A stretch of 64,000 bases of DNA from an uncultured Syntrophomonadaceae bacterium (lineage in GTDB: Bacteria > Bacillota > Dethiobacteria > DTU022): assembly GCA_964389365.1 (NCBI GenBank), contig CAYMDO010000002.1, forward strand, positions 19,268 through 83,267, read 5' to 3'. This document shows positions 29,961-40,356 of the stretch, piece after piece (the first letter of the stretch is position 1; every line of letters starts with the position of its first letter). Both the position numbers and the translations under genes were made by a program. A model generated the notes under the pieces. The model saw only the letters and a program-made list of their open reading frames with translations, did no database searches and had not been told where the DNA came from.

Positions 29961-30953
29961 TTATGATAGGAAGGGGTAACGCTCGACGGCAATATCTATT
30001 AATCTGTTTATTAGGCGGCTGTACGAATATCCGGCTTTGCCAGCTGCGAGCACAAAAGAACTGTCAGGTTCGAGGCTGGCCATCGAATTTGCTTCCAGTA
30101 TGTATGGTTGGTTCTGATCATCCAGCCTGAAATCAATTCTGGCGCAGTCGTAACAACCCAATGCCACGAAAGTTTTTACTGCCAGTTCCTCGATCCGGTT
30201 TAACTGTTCCGGAAACAGGCGGGCCGGGCATCTTTTTTCAATATTACGCTTACTTGTTTTTGTTTTATCTTCGTGGGTGTATATCGCCAACCCTTCCCCA
30301 AATATAAGTTCTGCCGGCGGAAGCGTAATCACCGGTTTGTTTCCGAGCAAACCAACGTTTATTTCCCGGCCGTCTATATACTCTTCGGCTAAAACCTGGG
30401 TTTTAAAGCGGCCGGCTATTTCCTCTACGCCGGCCTTAAACTGGTCAATATTTTCAACAATCTTTAAGCCCAGGGAACGCGCTTCATCTTTTGGTTTGAG
30501 AATCATCGGGAAATTTAATTCTTCAACGGGCATTAAGCCCGGTTCATCGATCACCGTAAACCGGGGTGTCGGCAAACCTTTTTGCAGTAATAAAATTTTT
30601 GTCAACACTTTGTCCTGGGCAAGGGTGTGTGCATAAGGGCTCGACCCGACGTAGGGAATGCCCAGCATCTCGAGGATTGCCGGTACATGTGTATAGCGCG
30701 CTTTACCCTGTATGCCGTAGCTCAGGTTTAAAACCAGGCCGGGGTTATCATGAAAAGAATCCGGGGGTATAAAATTTTCGAGATTGCGGATTATATCTTT
30801 ATCGCCCTCGAAAGCTTTAACATCATGGCCTCCTGATTTAAGGGCGTTCTGGATCAGCTGTATAGTATGGATGCCATAACTTTCGCCACTTGGTGTTCCA
30901 AACAGGTTTATGACAGCCCGGCTTTGGTAATTGTAAACAATGGCAACTTTCAT
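29961..30953 (-). CDS. ddl: D-alanine--D-alanine ligase (ATP-grasp)
   Basis: 330 aa; MKVAIVYN N-terminus and ATP-grasp motifs. Confidence 0.75.
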   Translation of the reverse strand: MKVAIVYNYQSRAVINLFGTPSGESYGIHTIQLIQNALKSGGHDVKAFEGDKDIIRNLENFIPPDSFHDNPGLVLNLSYGIQGKARYTHVPAILEMLGIPYVGSSPYAHTLAQDKVLTKILLLQKGLPTPRFTVIDEPGLMPVEELNFPMILKPKDEARSLGLKIVENIDQFKAGVEEIAGRFKTQVLAEEYIDGREINVGLLGNKPVITLPPAELIFGEGLAIYTHEDKTKTSKRNIEKRCPARLFPEQLNRIEELAVKTFVALGCYDCARIDFRLDDQNQPYILEANSMASLEPDSSFVLAAGKAGYSYSRLINRLIDIAVERYPFLS

Positions 30954-31201
30954 GGTTTCACCACCGTATTTATCGGGGCCGTACCAGGGATTAAGTCTGC
31001 AATATCTATAACTTAATTTATTCGCGTTTAACTGCCGCTTTCCTCTTTAGATCGCTTCGGTAATAAACCGGGATAATTCTGCAGCCCTGCAGCCACTTTA
31101 TCTGCGTCCGGGGCAGACTCGGTTTACTTTGGGGGTGCAGTTATATAGAATTAAAAGTGAAATATAAACTATGATTTGATCAACTAATATATTCAAGGAA
31201 G

Positions 31202-31513
31202 GTGAAAAAAGTGAAAAAGTTTTTATTGTCAGAAGCTCTTGCTATAGCGAAGAAGCTGGGCGTTGACTTCAATCAGGCCGGATTTACTCCTGAGGAGTAT
31301 CTTGAGGGGCTTAATGTGGAATTGGAGCACGGGTCAGTCGACCCCGATACCAATGTAACCGATGACGATCCGCTGATAACCGGTAAAATTGCCTTAGCCC
31401 ATTTGAAAGAAGCAGCAACCTATTATCATAAAGACATCGGGATCGAAGCATGGGAGCATGCCATTGAAGCTTTTAAGGGAGATCCGAAGGGTAAAAAAAT
31501 CCAAATAGTATGA
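31202..31513 (+). CDS. small hypothetical protein (ELEHG motif; possibly DUF5661-like)
   Basis: 103 aa acidic protein with no confident family. Confidence 0.4.
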   Translation: MKKVKKFLLSEALAIAKKLGVDFNQAGFTPEEYLEGLNVELEHGSVDPDTNVTDDDPLITGKIALAHLKEAATYYHKDIGIEAWEHAIEAFKGDPKGKKIQIV

Positions 31514-31737
31514 GAACCTGTTCTCTGTTCAAAACAAAAACTGTCCCAATTATTGATAACCTGTAATGGGTAGGGTTATACCTTTCCAGGCACTATCAAC
31601 TGCAGCCGGTTATTTAACGTGGTGATAGGGGTTATTGAATGGTGATCAATTATTGGGCGCCAAGATACTCAGCCCTGCTTCGTATTGGGCCTGAGTGTTA
31701 TAAGCTTAAAATTAACATCAAAGGGGTTTGAGTAAAG

Positions 31738-32982
31738 ATGGTTGAGTGCAGCATAGAGAGACTGGAGAACAAAATATTAGCCTTTAGTAAATTTGGCGAT
31801 ACCGGGAGAGGCGGGATTACCAGGCTTTGCTTAACAGAGCCCAACCTGCAGGCGCGTGCCGAATTTTGTCGGCGCTGCGAAGCCCTGGGGATGACCGTTG
31901 TAACCGATGACATGGCTAATATCTATGCAACCAAACCGGGCCGGGAAAACCTGCCTGCCATCGCTGTCGGTTCGCACCTCGATTCGGTTGTCAGGGGCGG
32001 CAATTATGACGGTGTTTTGGGGGTCTTAACCGGCCTAGAAGCGGTGGAAACCCTGATTGCCGAAGGCATAGAAACCCGACACCCGCTGACAGTACTGGTC
32101 TGGACCAATGAGGAGGGCTCCCGGTTCCGGCCGGCTATGATGTCCTCCGGGGTCATTGCCGGTAAATTTGACCGGGATACGATGCTGGCCGTACGGGATG
32201 AAGAAGGGGTTACCTTTGGAGAAGCGCTCGCTGCCAGCGGTTACAGGGGCGACCCGGCGAACCGTTTTAGCGCAAAGGGCTACAGCGCTTTCCTGGAGCT
32301 GCATATTGAGCAGGGCCCGGTCCTGGAGGCTGAAAAAAAAGATATCGGCGTGGTGGAAGGGGTGCTGGGGATGGTTAATTACGAGATTAAGACCCGCGGC
32401 CAGGCCAACCATGCCGGCACTACCCCGATGCCGGTGCGTAAGGATGCTCTCTACGCGATGACAGCGGTAATCCAGCATCTGCATGATGAACTGGACAAAC
32501 TTGATCCTGCCCTCGTTTACACCACCGGTGAATTTAGCGGTGGTCCCAATGTTCACACAGTTATTCCCGATAATGTGCGTATTACTCTTGATGCGCGGCA
32601 CCGCGACCCGGAAGTGATCAGACAGGTGGTGCAAGTGATCGAATCTTTACCGGCGGAAATACGCGGCTGCTCAGTTGCTTACCGCAGGCAGTGGGCTCGT
32701 GACACCGTCGATTTTAAACCTGAAATGGTGGGGATAGTGGAAGAGAACGTCAACAAACTTGGTTATCCATACATGCGGATGTACAGCGGAGCCGGCCATG
32801 ATGCCCAGTATATTGCCGATTTAGTGCCGGCAACGATGATTTTTGTGCCCAGCGATACCGGCTTCAGCCACTGTGAAGAAGAACATACTTCTATTGAACA
32901 GTGCTGGAAGGGCGCCAACGTGATTTTGCGCAGCTTGCTGGCCCTTGATCAGAAATTACCCCGCTGGGCACCCGCCCGATGA
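31738..32982 (+). CDS. Zn-dependent M20-family amidohydrolase (allantoate amidohydrolase / N-carbamoyl-L-amino-acid hydrolase type)
   Basis: 414 aa; GSHLDSV and WTNEEGSRF motifs of hydantoinase/carbamoylase-family amidases. Confidence 0.75.
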   Translation: MVECSIERLENKILAFSKFGDTGRGGITRLCLTEPNLQARAEFCRRCEALGMTVVTDDMANIYATKPGRENLPAIAVGSHLDSVVRGGNYDGVLGVLTGLEAVETLIAEGIETRHPLTVLVWTNEEGSRFRPAMMSSGVIAGKFDRDTMLAVRDEEGVTFGEALAASGYRGDPANRFSAKGYSAFLELHIEQGPVLEAEKKDIGVVEGVLGMVNYEIKTRGQANHAGTTPMPVRKDALYAMTAVIQHLHDELDKLDPALVYTTGEFSGGPNVHTVIPDNVRITLDARHRDPEVIRQVVQVIESLPAEIRGCSVAYRRQWARDTVDFKPEMVGIVEENVNKLGYPYMRMYSGAGHDAQYIADLVPATMIFVPSDTGFSHCEEEHTSIEQCWKGANVILRSLLALDQKLPRWAPAR

Positions 32983-33028
32983 GGGTGGGGGAGGGGCTTG
33001 GTGCGGGAAAAAGGTAATCTAATCCCTG

Positions 33029-33592
33029 TTACTTCTTAAGAAAATCAAAGAAACCCTTTTTAGCTGACGGGTCTTCGCCTGCTGTTCCTGTTTCGGGTGC
33101 TTCCTTTGCCGCCCGCTGTTTTTTTAACTCCGCTTCGAGTTTCTGCTTTTCTGCTTCCAGCTCAGCCTGCTCTCTAGCCATGGCGCTCTCACGCTCTTTT
33201 TGCTGCCTGTTCAATTCGTCTTGAAGTTTCTGCTTTTCGTTTTCCAGTTCGCTACGGGCTTTTTCAGCGGCAACTTCACGTTCCCTTTGCAGTTTGCTGA
33301 TCTCGTCTGCCATTCTTTTGTTTTCGAACTCCAGCGTTTTCAACTGGCGCTGTAATTCTTTTTTCAGGTTGCGTTCGCTTTCCGACTTGATGTAGTTGTG
33401 GATGCCGCGGTATATTAAATAAAAGATCATGACAATGATGCCGCCGAGAGCAGAGCCTAAAATTACTGAGTAAAGGTTTAAATCAATCTGGCCAAACAGG
33501 TAATTAACCGTAACAATTTCACTGTTCAGGAAGGCAAGCGCTGTAATGGCCAAAGCTGCCGTAATCATTAAGATGATAAAAAAAGTTCTCAT
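33029..33592 (-). CDS. LapA-domain (DUF1049) membrane protein with long charged coiled-coil tail
   Basis: N-terminal TM helix plus LapA-like ITVNYLFGQIDLNLYSVILGSALGGIIV, then about 110 aa of E/K/Q/R-rich heptads. Confidence 0.5.
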   Translation of the reverse strand: MRTFFIILMITAALAITALAFLNSEIVTVNYLFGQIDLNLYSVILGSALGGIIVMIFYLIYRGIHNYIKSESERNLKKELQRQLKTLEFENKRMADEISKLQREREVAAEKARSELENEKQKLQDELNRQQKERESAMAREQAELEAEKQKLEAELKKQRAAKEAPETGTAGEDPSAKKGFFDFLKK

Positions 33593-33921
33593 TGTTTGTG
33601 CCCCTCTCCTATCAGAGTATGGTCGGCAGAAGATTGGAGAAGTAAGTCAGCTTTTTCCAGGAGGCAAATATGACCGCTGCTCTGTTTTTTTATTGACTCA
33701 AGTGTATTATAGAGAGCAGGGTTTGTCAATTTTGCCTGAAGGCATACAGCTGCATAATAAGCAATAAAGAGCGGCAATGCAGTTTGAGACCAGATAAATG
33801 ATTAACTATTCTGTATATATTTCGGGAGGGGATCTGCATAACCAGTACTGTAGATCTATGTTACCTGGCTGCGCATGAAATTGCTGACCTGGTCACGGCC
33901 GGAAAGGTTTCTCCGACTGAA

Positions 33922-35274
33922 GTGGTAAAAACCTTTCTAAAAAGGATTGAAGTGGTGAACCCGGGTATCAATGCATATTGTACCGTTGCAGAAGATGCAG
34001 CCCTAAAGGCGGCCGTGCTGTTGGAAAAGCAAATGAAAGCCGGGCTGACTCCCGGGCCGCTGGCTGGCGTACCGGTATCGATAAAAGATGTAACCCTGAC
34101 AAAAGGGATTAGAACCACTTTTGGCTCACTGCTTTATAAAGATTATATACCGGAAACCGACTCGCTGGTGGTGGAGCGCCTGAAGGCATCCGGGGCGATA
34201 GTTATGGGTAAAACCAATACTCCCGAGTTTGCGGCAGGCGGATCCACCTATAACGATCTATTCGGCCCTACCAGAACCCCCTGGAACAGCGCTTACAACA
34301 GCGGCGGTTCCAGCGGCGGCTCTGCGGCTGCAGTGGCGGCCGGACTCTGTGCGCTGGCCGAGGGCAATGATCTGGGCGGTTCACTGCGGATCCCGGCCAG
34401 TTTTTGCGGCGTGGTGGGCATGAGGCCGTCGCCGGGCCGGATTCCCGTCTATCCCAACGACCTCTACTGGGATACGATGTCACTCGAAGGCCCGATGGCC
34501 CGCAGCGTTGATGATTTAGCGCTAATGTTTGATGTGATGTCGGGGCCGGACATGCGCAGCCCGGTGGCTTTTATGCCGAACGAGGCAAGTTTTTTCGACA
34601 GCATCAGGAAGGGTGCCGGCAGCAGGCGCAATTTTAGGGTGGCCTGGAGCGATAACTTAAATTTAACGCCGGTTGATCATGAAGTTCTTGATGTTGCCAA
34701 AAGATCGGTCAAGGTGTTCGAACAGTTTGGGTGCACGGTAACCGAGGATTGCCCCGATTTCAGCGGTTTGCAGGAAACGGCGGCAGTTTTGCGCGGGGTC
34801 CGTTATGCTGCCCTCTACCAGGCCGAACTTGACAAACCGCAGTTTTTGGAACTGGTGAACCCCAACATTATCAGCAACGCCAGGCAGGGCCTTGCGCTTA
34901 CTGCAGCAGCTATTGCCAAAGCCGATCAGCACCGGTCGCAGCTCTGGCAGCAGATGCTGGGCTTCTTCACGCAGTACGACCTGATCGCCCTGCCCACCGT
35001 GCCGGTTAAACCTTTCCCGGCAGCTACAGCTTACCCCACCGAGATAAACGGCAGGGAAATGAAAAGCTATATCGACTGGATTATGCTGACCTACGCTTTT
35101 TCTGTGACCGGGCTGCCGGCAATCAGTATCCCCTGCGGTTTAACCAAAGACGGTTTCCCGGTAGGCCTGCAGATTGCCGGTAAGCCGGGAGGCGAGCGCG
35201 AGCTGTTGATAGCAGCTGCCTGTTTCGAAAAAAACAGCTCCTGGCAGGAGCGCAGGCCGCCAATAAATATTTAG
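33922..35274 (+). CDS. amidase (amidase-signature family; possible N-terminal frameshift)
   Basis: GGSSGGSAAAVA signature. Conserved N-terminal residues (LAAHEIADLVTAGKVSPTEV) continue upstream of GTG 33922 in frame, but the only ATG (33858) is in the +1 frame. Confidence 0.7.
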   Translation: MVKTFLKRIEVVNPGINAYCTVAEDAALKAAVLLEKQMKAGLTPGPLAGVPVSIKDVTLTKGIRTTFGSLLYKDYIPETDSLVVERLKASGAIVMGKTNTPEFAAGGSTYNDLFGPTRTPWNSAYNSGGSSGGSAAAVAAGLCALAEGNDLGGSLRIPASFCGVVGMRPSPGRIPVYPNDLYWDTMSLEGPMARSVDDLALMFDVMSGPDMRSPVAFMPNEASFFDSIRKGAGSRRNFRVAWSDNLNLTPVDHEVLDVAKRSVKVFEQFGCTVTEDCPDFSGLQETAAVLRGVRYAALYQAELDKPQFLELVNPNIISNARQGLALTAAAIAKADQHRSQLWQQMLGFFTQYDLIALPTVPVKPFPAATAYPTEINGREMKSYIDWIMLTYAFSVTGLPAISIPCGLTKDGFPVGLQIAGKPGGERELLIAAACFEKNSSWQERRPPINI

Positions 35275-35849
35275 GCGCTTCCCTCTAGGCCCAGAGCGGC
35301 TGCTTCGGCCCGCATGGCGTTGATTGTTTCCTGGATTACGTCATCAAGGCTCATCCCCAGCATGGCGGCGCCTTCTTCGATAATGCTGCGATCGACTCCG
35401 GCGGCAAAGTTTTTATTTTTATACTTTTTCTTTACCGAGCTTAATTCCAGGTCTAGGATGCTTTTACCGGGCCGCATCAGGATCGTGGCAACGATCAAAC
35501 CAGTCAGTTCATCTGTAGTGTACAGCACCTTTTCCATTGTTTCCTCCGGCTTAACTTTAGTGCAAATTTTCCAGCCATGGCTGATCACTGCCCGGATGTA
35601 ATCATCCGGCCAACCCTCTTCAGCCAAAATTGCTTCTGTTTTACGGCAGTGTTCTTCGGGGTACTGCTCGTAATCCAGGTCGTGAATTAAACCGATAACA
35701 CGCCATTTTTCCGGGTCTGCCTCGCCGAATTTGCGGGCAAAATAAGCCATAACCGCTTCCATGGCCAGGGCATGTTTGATCAGGGCGTCGCTCTGGTTAT
35801 ATTTTTTCAGTAAAGCCAGTGCTTCTTCGTGGGTTGGTTTCTTATCCAT
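35271..35849 (-). CDS. HD/HDIG-domain phosphohydrolase
   Basis: 192 aa; H..HD motif (GLIHDLDYEQ). Confidence 0.65.
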   Translation of the reverse strand: MDKKPTHEEALALLKKYNQSDALIKHALAMEAVMAYFARKFGEADPEKWRVIGLIHDLDYEQYPEEHCRKTEAILAEEGWPDDYIRAVISHGWKICTKVKPEETMEKVLYTTDELTGLIVATILMRPGKSILDLELSSVKKKYKNKNFAAGVDRSIIEEGAAMLGMSLDDVIQETINAMRAEAAALGLEGSA

Positions 35850-35957
35850 TTCACATTTTCCTCCTGTCTGTTGTCAGGTTCATTCTTCTCCCTGCCGGGT
35901 TTAAATCCTTCTAATAGGCCGTATTGGCCTTTACAAAAAACATATGTTCGCCTATAA

Positions 35958-36596
35958 TTGGTCTGGGAGGTGAAGCAGATAAAAACATTTGAAAACTGCA
36001 TCCAGTCAATCGTTGCTTTGGAGCCATGTTACGGAACGGAAGGGGGAAACGCTACCCGGATCTATACCCGCCGGGGCGAGGTGTTCGAGGACAGCCGCAG
36101 GTTAAAAACAATCCTGGTAAGATTTCTCAAGTTTTATGGTTATGACCTTGTTGAGCTGCGTAGGAGCTATAAAGACTATCTATGCTGTGGCCAGGGTGTT
36201 CCATTGCCGCTCAGCCAGCACTTGGCTTTAGTGCCCGTGAAAATGCGGCAGCCGCTGGTGGACAGCGACGGGGCGAGCGGTTATGTCAGTGTAACCGACG
36301 TAGTAAAAATAAGCGAGGAAGAAAACCTACAAAATACCAGGCAGGAAAAGTGCCGTATTCATTTTCAGGGCGGCTTGAGTGTGCCCTGCTGCTTCACCCG
36401 CCAGGCAGTTGAAAAAAGACTTAACCGGGGCCGCCTGGCCCTTGATCATTACCGTTACCTGCACAGCCGGACCGGCAACCCGGGACAACTGCCGCTGGTT
36501 TCAGCCGGGCAGGCTGGAAGCGGGGCAGATATATATGAGAAAATAAATGTTATCAGCAGCTTTTTAAGCCAGTTTCTGGCTGATGCCAGATCGTAA
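35958..36596 (+). CDS. ComK-family competence regulator-like protein
   Basis: Size and patchy similarity to B. subtilis ComK (VPLPLSQHLALVPVK versus PIMVDPSNQIFLFPT). Weak, recall-based. Confidence 0.35.
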   Translation: MVWEVKQIKTFENCIQSIVALEPCYGTEGGNATRIYTRRGEVFEDSRRLKTILVRFLKFYGYDLVELRRSYKDYLCCGQGVPLPLSQHLALVPVKMRQPLVDSDGASGYVSVTDVVKISEEENLQNTRQEKCRIHFQGGLSVPCCFTRQAVEKRLNRGRLALDHYRYLHSRTGNPGQLPLVSAGQAGSGADIYEKINVISSFLSQFLADARS

Positions 36597-36672
36597 TACT
36601 TGCAGCGCTTGATCAGGATATGTTTAAAAAAGCGGGGCTTCAAAATCTAACCTTGAAGCCCCGCTTTTAGTG

Positions 36673-37392
36673 CTATTGTTTCTGGTAGATGTAAGCTTCA
36701 CTGAACCCAGCAGCCTGCGCTTCGGCCAGCCGCTGGCGGGCATTTTCAAGCCGGGCAAAAGCGCCGACCTGCACCGTGTAATGGCTGGGTTGTGCCGGTT
36801 TCTTTTTTTCTGACGCAACTTGGATTACCAGGAGTTCCGGTGCACTTACGCTTAAGCCAAGAGCAAGTTTGATCCCGTCTGCAATGCCGCCTGCCAGTGT
36901 TTCGGCAAAAAGCGGCTCCCGCCAGATTTGCGCTTCCCGCGGATTATCAAGAAAAAGCGATTCAAGTAATACCGCCGGGCGGGGGTTGCTTTTCAGCACG
37001 TAAAAGGAAGCCCGTTTTAAGCCGCGGTTGGCTATCTCCCAGCGATCAAGCGCTTTCATAATTGCGCCGTGGATCGCTTGCTGCATAAGCACTGCCGGAT
37101 CTTTAGCACCCAGACTGCTGTAGATAAACGATTCAAAGCCTTTTCCTCCCCCGGCATTGGCGTGCAGCGATAGAAAAAGGTCGGCTTCTGCTCTTTTACT
37201 TAACGCTACCCGGTCGGCCAGCGAAACATAGGTATCACGCTCGCGGGTCAGCAGAGTTTTCACACCGCCCAGCCGGGCGGCAATTTTCATGGCGAGCGCC
37301 AGGTTTAAATCTTTTTCCTTCAGGCCAAGATAACTGGCTCCCGAATCGTAACCTCCATGGCCGGGATCCAGGACAACCACCGGTTTTTGCAT
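36673..37392 (-). CDS. N-acetylmuramoyl-L-alanine amidase (Amidase_3) with C-terminal SPOR domain
   Basis: VVLDPGHGGYDSGA N-terminus and C-terminal HYTVQVGAFARLENARQ SPOR motif. Confidence 0.8.
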   Translation of the reverse strand: MQKPVVVLDPGHGGYDSGASYLGLKEKDLNLALAMKIAARLGGVKTLLTRERDTYVSLADRVALSKRAEADLFLSLHANAGGGKGFESFIYSSLGAKDPAVLMQQAIHGAIMKALDRWEIANRGLKRASFYVLKSNPRPAVLLESLFLDNPREAQIWREPLFAETLAGGIADGIKLALGLSVSAPELLVIQVASEKKKPAQPSHYTVQVGAFARLENARQRLAEAQAAGFSEAYIYQKQ

Positions 37393-37472
37393 TTATTTGT
37401 CCCTTTCTTTTCCTGGTATTTTGGGCCCTCTCCTTTGCCGGGAGAGAGCCTGTTGGGCATTATCCTGCCGGC

Positions 37473-37616
37473 TTAATGTTTGACGATCGCGTCTGAAAGA
37501 GAATGGATGCTTTCAGTCAGGGTTTCAAGCTTGCCTTCCAACCGCACCAGCAGGTAAATGCTGACGGCAACCGGGAAACCAAAATTACCGATTAAAACAA
37601 CCATTTCTTCCATCAT
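37473..37616 (-). CDS. YvrJ-family small membrane protein (47 aa)
   Basis: Not in the ORF track (<60 aa). GGAGGTG RBS. MMEEMVVLIGNFGFPVAVSIYLLVRLEGKLETLTESIHSLSDAIVKH resembles B. subtilis YvrJ. Confidence 0.6.
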   Translation of the reverse strand: MMEEMVVLIGNFGFPVAVSIYLLVRLEGKLETLTESIHSLSDAIVKH

Positions 37617-37668
37617 TCAGCTCACCTCCTTCAAACCAGGGGGCGGGCCTGGCCCGCCCCAGCCTGAT

Positions 37669-37887
37669 TTAGTATTCACCAAGTATATCTACTGTCCTGG
37701 AAACTACTTGGGCCCTGACCTTGCTTTCAATATCACCGCCGGAAGTAGTGAAAACATTACGGCTGATTATTGAATCCATAACCGCTTCTACATCTACTGC
37801 TGTTATTTCAGGGTCGGGATCGGCCACTGAAACAGTGGAGTTTGTGCTGGCTGCGTTGCGGAAGATCATCTGTAAAGTTGCGCTCAT
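37669..37887 (-). CDS. DUF2922-family small protein
   Basis: 72 aa; EAVMDSIISRNVFT pattern typical of DUF2922 (recall). Confidence 0.5.
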   Translation of the reverse strand: MSATLQMIFRNAASTNSTVSVADPDPEITAVDVEAVMDSIISRNVFTTSGGDIESKVRAQVVSRTVDILGEY

Positions 37888-37938
37888 TTTTTATCACCTC
37901 CTTATGACGTTAAAGTTGCAGCGCAAAAAAATTTGGGT

Positions 37939-38172
37939 TTACTCTTCTTCAAGTTCGTACTCGACTACCCGGCGTACAGCTTCAAGCGTGTGCAGCTGCA
38001 GGCTGCCAATCTCCTCAGCCAGCTCGAACAGGTCTTCGTTGTCCGCGCTGGCTTTAATGTTGGCGTAAGTGCGGGTGCGGTAGATCGGGTTAAAATTATC
38101 ATCCAACCCGGTGTTCAGCCGCAGCTGCAGGCGAGCAGTTAAAGGTATAGCGGTAACTGCCATTTGATTCAC
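37939..38172 (-). CDS. DUF1659-family small protein
   Basis: 77 aa; RLQLRLNTGLDDNFNPIYRTRTYANIK pattern typical of DUF1659 (recall). Sits directly upstream of DUF2922 and YvrJ. Confidence 0.5.
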   Translation of the reverse strand: MNQMAVTAIPLTARLQLRLNTGLDDNFNPIYRTRTYANIKASADNEDLFELAEEIGSLQLHTLEAVRRVVEYELEEE

Positions 38173-38585
38173 CTCCTTGTTTTTGTTTTTTGAAGCATCG
38201 TCATTTTAGCCCGCCCGCCGGGAATGCGGCAAAACCCGGGTTAAATTGTTAAGCTGCAGGCACGGCGTTACTTGGCCGGTTCGGTTACGCGTATCTGCCG
38301 CTAAAAAGGGGCAGTATCTGCCGGACGCCGGTGCGGGTTGCTTTAAAACCCACAGTATAATTTCGCAAAAGGTTGACCGCCGCGGCTGCAATAGCTTATG
38401 TGATAACTTTAACCCTGACCGTACGGATAGTTGACTTCCTGATCTATGCACACTACGATATGTATCAGGAGGTCTTTGCCTTGCGGGCCGATACTCTATT
38501 CGATTACTTACCGGTATCGTCCGCCTGTCGCCTGAAACGAAAGTACTTGGGCAATGCCGGGAAAATATGTCGGGAGTGGGGAAAG

Positions 38586-39413
38586 ATGCTTAAGGAATAT
38601 TACAGGCTGGGCCGGCCAATAAACGCCCTGGCCGGGGTGTTGGCAGTATTTGTCAGTGCCTATGCAGCCGGGCCGTTGTCCTGGTGGCCGGTGATCGCAG
38701 CGTCGCTGACGGTATTGCTGATTACAGTTTCCACCAACGCATGGAACGATTACGTAGATATTGAAATTGACCGCATCAACAAACCCGGGCGGCCGCTGCC
38801 GTCCGGAAAGATCAGCCCGAAAGGGGCCCTGGCATTTTCATTAATTGGGACTGCTATTTCCCTGCTGATTGCCACTTTTATTAACCTGCCGGCTTTTTTA
38901 ATTGCAATCGGGGCCAACATTTTGCTTTACCTTTATTCATGGAAGCTAAAGTGCACAGTTTTATGGGGCAATATTACTGTTGCTTTGATCATCGGCCTCT
39001 GTTTCATATTTGGCGGAGTGGCAGCCGGTAACATTAAACCGACACTGATGCTGGCCGTTACCGTTTTTTTGGCGATGATGGGCCGTGAAATATTAAAGAC
39101 AATGGCTGATTACCGGGGAGATCTTGAGCAGCAGTGCAGAACCATATCTACCGGATGGGGCAAAGCGTCGGCCCGTCGTTACACAATCGTGTTTTTAACC
39201 CTGGCAAAGGTCATGATGCTGGTCACCTATTTTGTAGAAGATTATAAGCCCGCTTATCTGTACCTGGTTATTTTCGGCCTCTACCCGATCCTGACCTATA
39301 TTGCTATAAAGGCTAAAAGCGATGCTGACGGTCATGCCCTGGAGAACAACAGCACTCTTATGAAGTACAGCTTTTTTATCTGGTTTTTGGCAGTTGTGCT
39401 GGGAGCGGCTTAA
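38586..39413 (+). CDS. UbiA-family aromatic/isoprenoid prenyltransferase
   Basis: NDYVDIEIDRINKPGRPLPSG (NDxxDxxxD) motif; 8-9 TM helices. Strong RBS, ATG at 38586. The ORF's longer upstream extension is judged non-coding. Confidence 0.75.
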   Translation: MLKEYYRLGRPINALAGVLAVFVSAYAAGPLSWWPVIAASLTVLLITVSTNAWNDYVDIEIDRINKPGRPLPSGKISPKGALAFSLIGTAISLLIATFINLPAFLIAIGANILLYLYSWKLKCTVLWGNITVALIIGLCFIFGGVAAGNIKPTLMLAVTVFLAMMGREILKTMADYRGDLEQQCRTISTGWGKASARRYTIVFLTLAKVMMLVTYFVEDYKPAYLYLVIFGLYPILTYIAIKAKSDADGHALENNSTLMKYSFFIWFLAVVLGAA

Positions 39414-40192
39414 CCGAGAAGCGAGAGCAGGTAAATAACCATTGTGGTTCCGATCGGCACAGTGAGGTCGTCAATTGTTGAAGGTGACAGCAGTTCGGTT
39501 ACCGTACCGACGCCGGCGGTAATAAAAGAATAGGCCACGACAGCCTGAAAAGTCAGCTTGTGCTGGTTGATTGGATTGAGCAGGCCAAAAAAATAGAATG
39601 CCGCAAAACAGAGGATGAATGCTGATATAAAAAAGGTCAGGGAACCTTCCAAAGTACGGCCTGTGCCGGTGTGGGCGATCCTGATTTTAAACCTGCCGTA
39701 TTTCTTGCCGACCACCGAGGCAAAAGTATCGCTGATGATCATGATCAGGATGCCGCATATCGGGAAGTAGAGCCGGTCGGGGGCAAAAAGGACAAAAACG
39801 GCGATCAATAAAGTGATCGAGACGCTGTAAAAAAAGGGGCCTTCCAGGCGGCCGGTCCGTTCCTCGGCTTCTTCACCGATCGATTCATACAGCTCCTGCA
39901 GCTGTTTAACCGAGCTGTCGCGGGAACAAAAAAAGACCACGATAGCCAGGCTCAGGGAAATAAATACTGCAAAAAGAGGCAAGATAAAGAAAGGAACAAC
40001 CAGAACGATCAACCCGGTGAAGAGGTGCACTATTTTACGGGCGTGAAATTTAGAAATAATATTTTTCTTTTTCAGGAATACAGGGATGGCAATAGTCAGA
40101 ATTACATAGCCGTAAGCGATGCCGATTAAAACCAGGTCGTACAAAAAATCCGATAGCGTGTAGCCGGCAATGATCATCAGCAGTTTCTGCAT
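39410..40192 (-). CDS. polyprenol/phytol/dolichol-kinase-like membrane protein (CTP-transferase superfamily)
   Basis: 260 aa polytopic. C-terminal ISDTFASVVGKKYGRFKIRIAHTGTGRTLEGSLTFF resembles the kinase motif of VTE5/SEC59-type polyprenol kinases. Confidence 0.5.
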   Translation of the reverse strand: MQKLLMIIAGYTLSDFLYDLVLIGIAYGYVILTIAIPVFLKKKNIISKFHARKIVHLFTGLIVLVVPFFILPLFAVFISLSLAIVVFFCSRDSSVKQLQELYESIGEEAEERTGRLEGPFFYSVSITLLIAVFVLFAPDRLYFPICGILIMIISDTFASVVGKKYGRFKIRIAHTGTGRTLEGSLTFFISAFILCFAAFYFFGLLNPINQHKLTFQAVVAYSFITAGVGTVTELLSPSTIDDLTVPIGTTMVIYLLSLLG

Positions 40193-40356
40193 TAGCTAGG
40201 CATCACTCTTTCGCTTTACCTTGGGTCACACTAACAAACAGCTAAAGTATAGTTAAGAAAATGGGGCCTGTCAAGGCATGAAGCTTCAGTATCAGGTCCT
40301 GATCGTCCCGCAAGAAAGTTGCAGGCGGGCCTGTCCCGCCATTGTTTTACCCAGGT

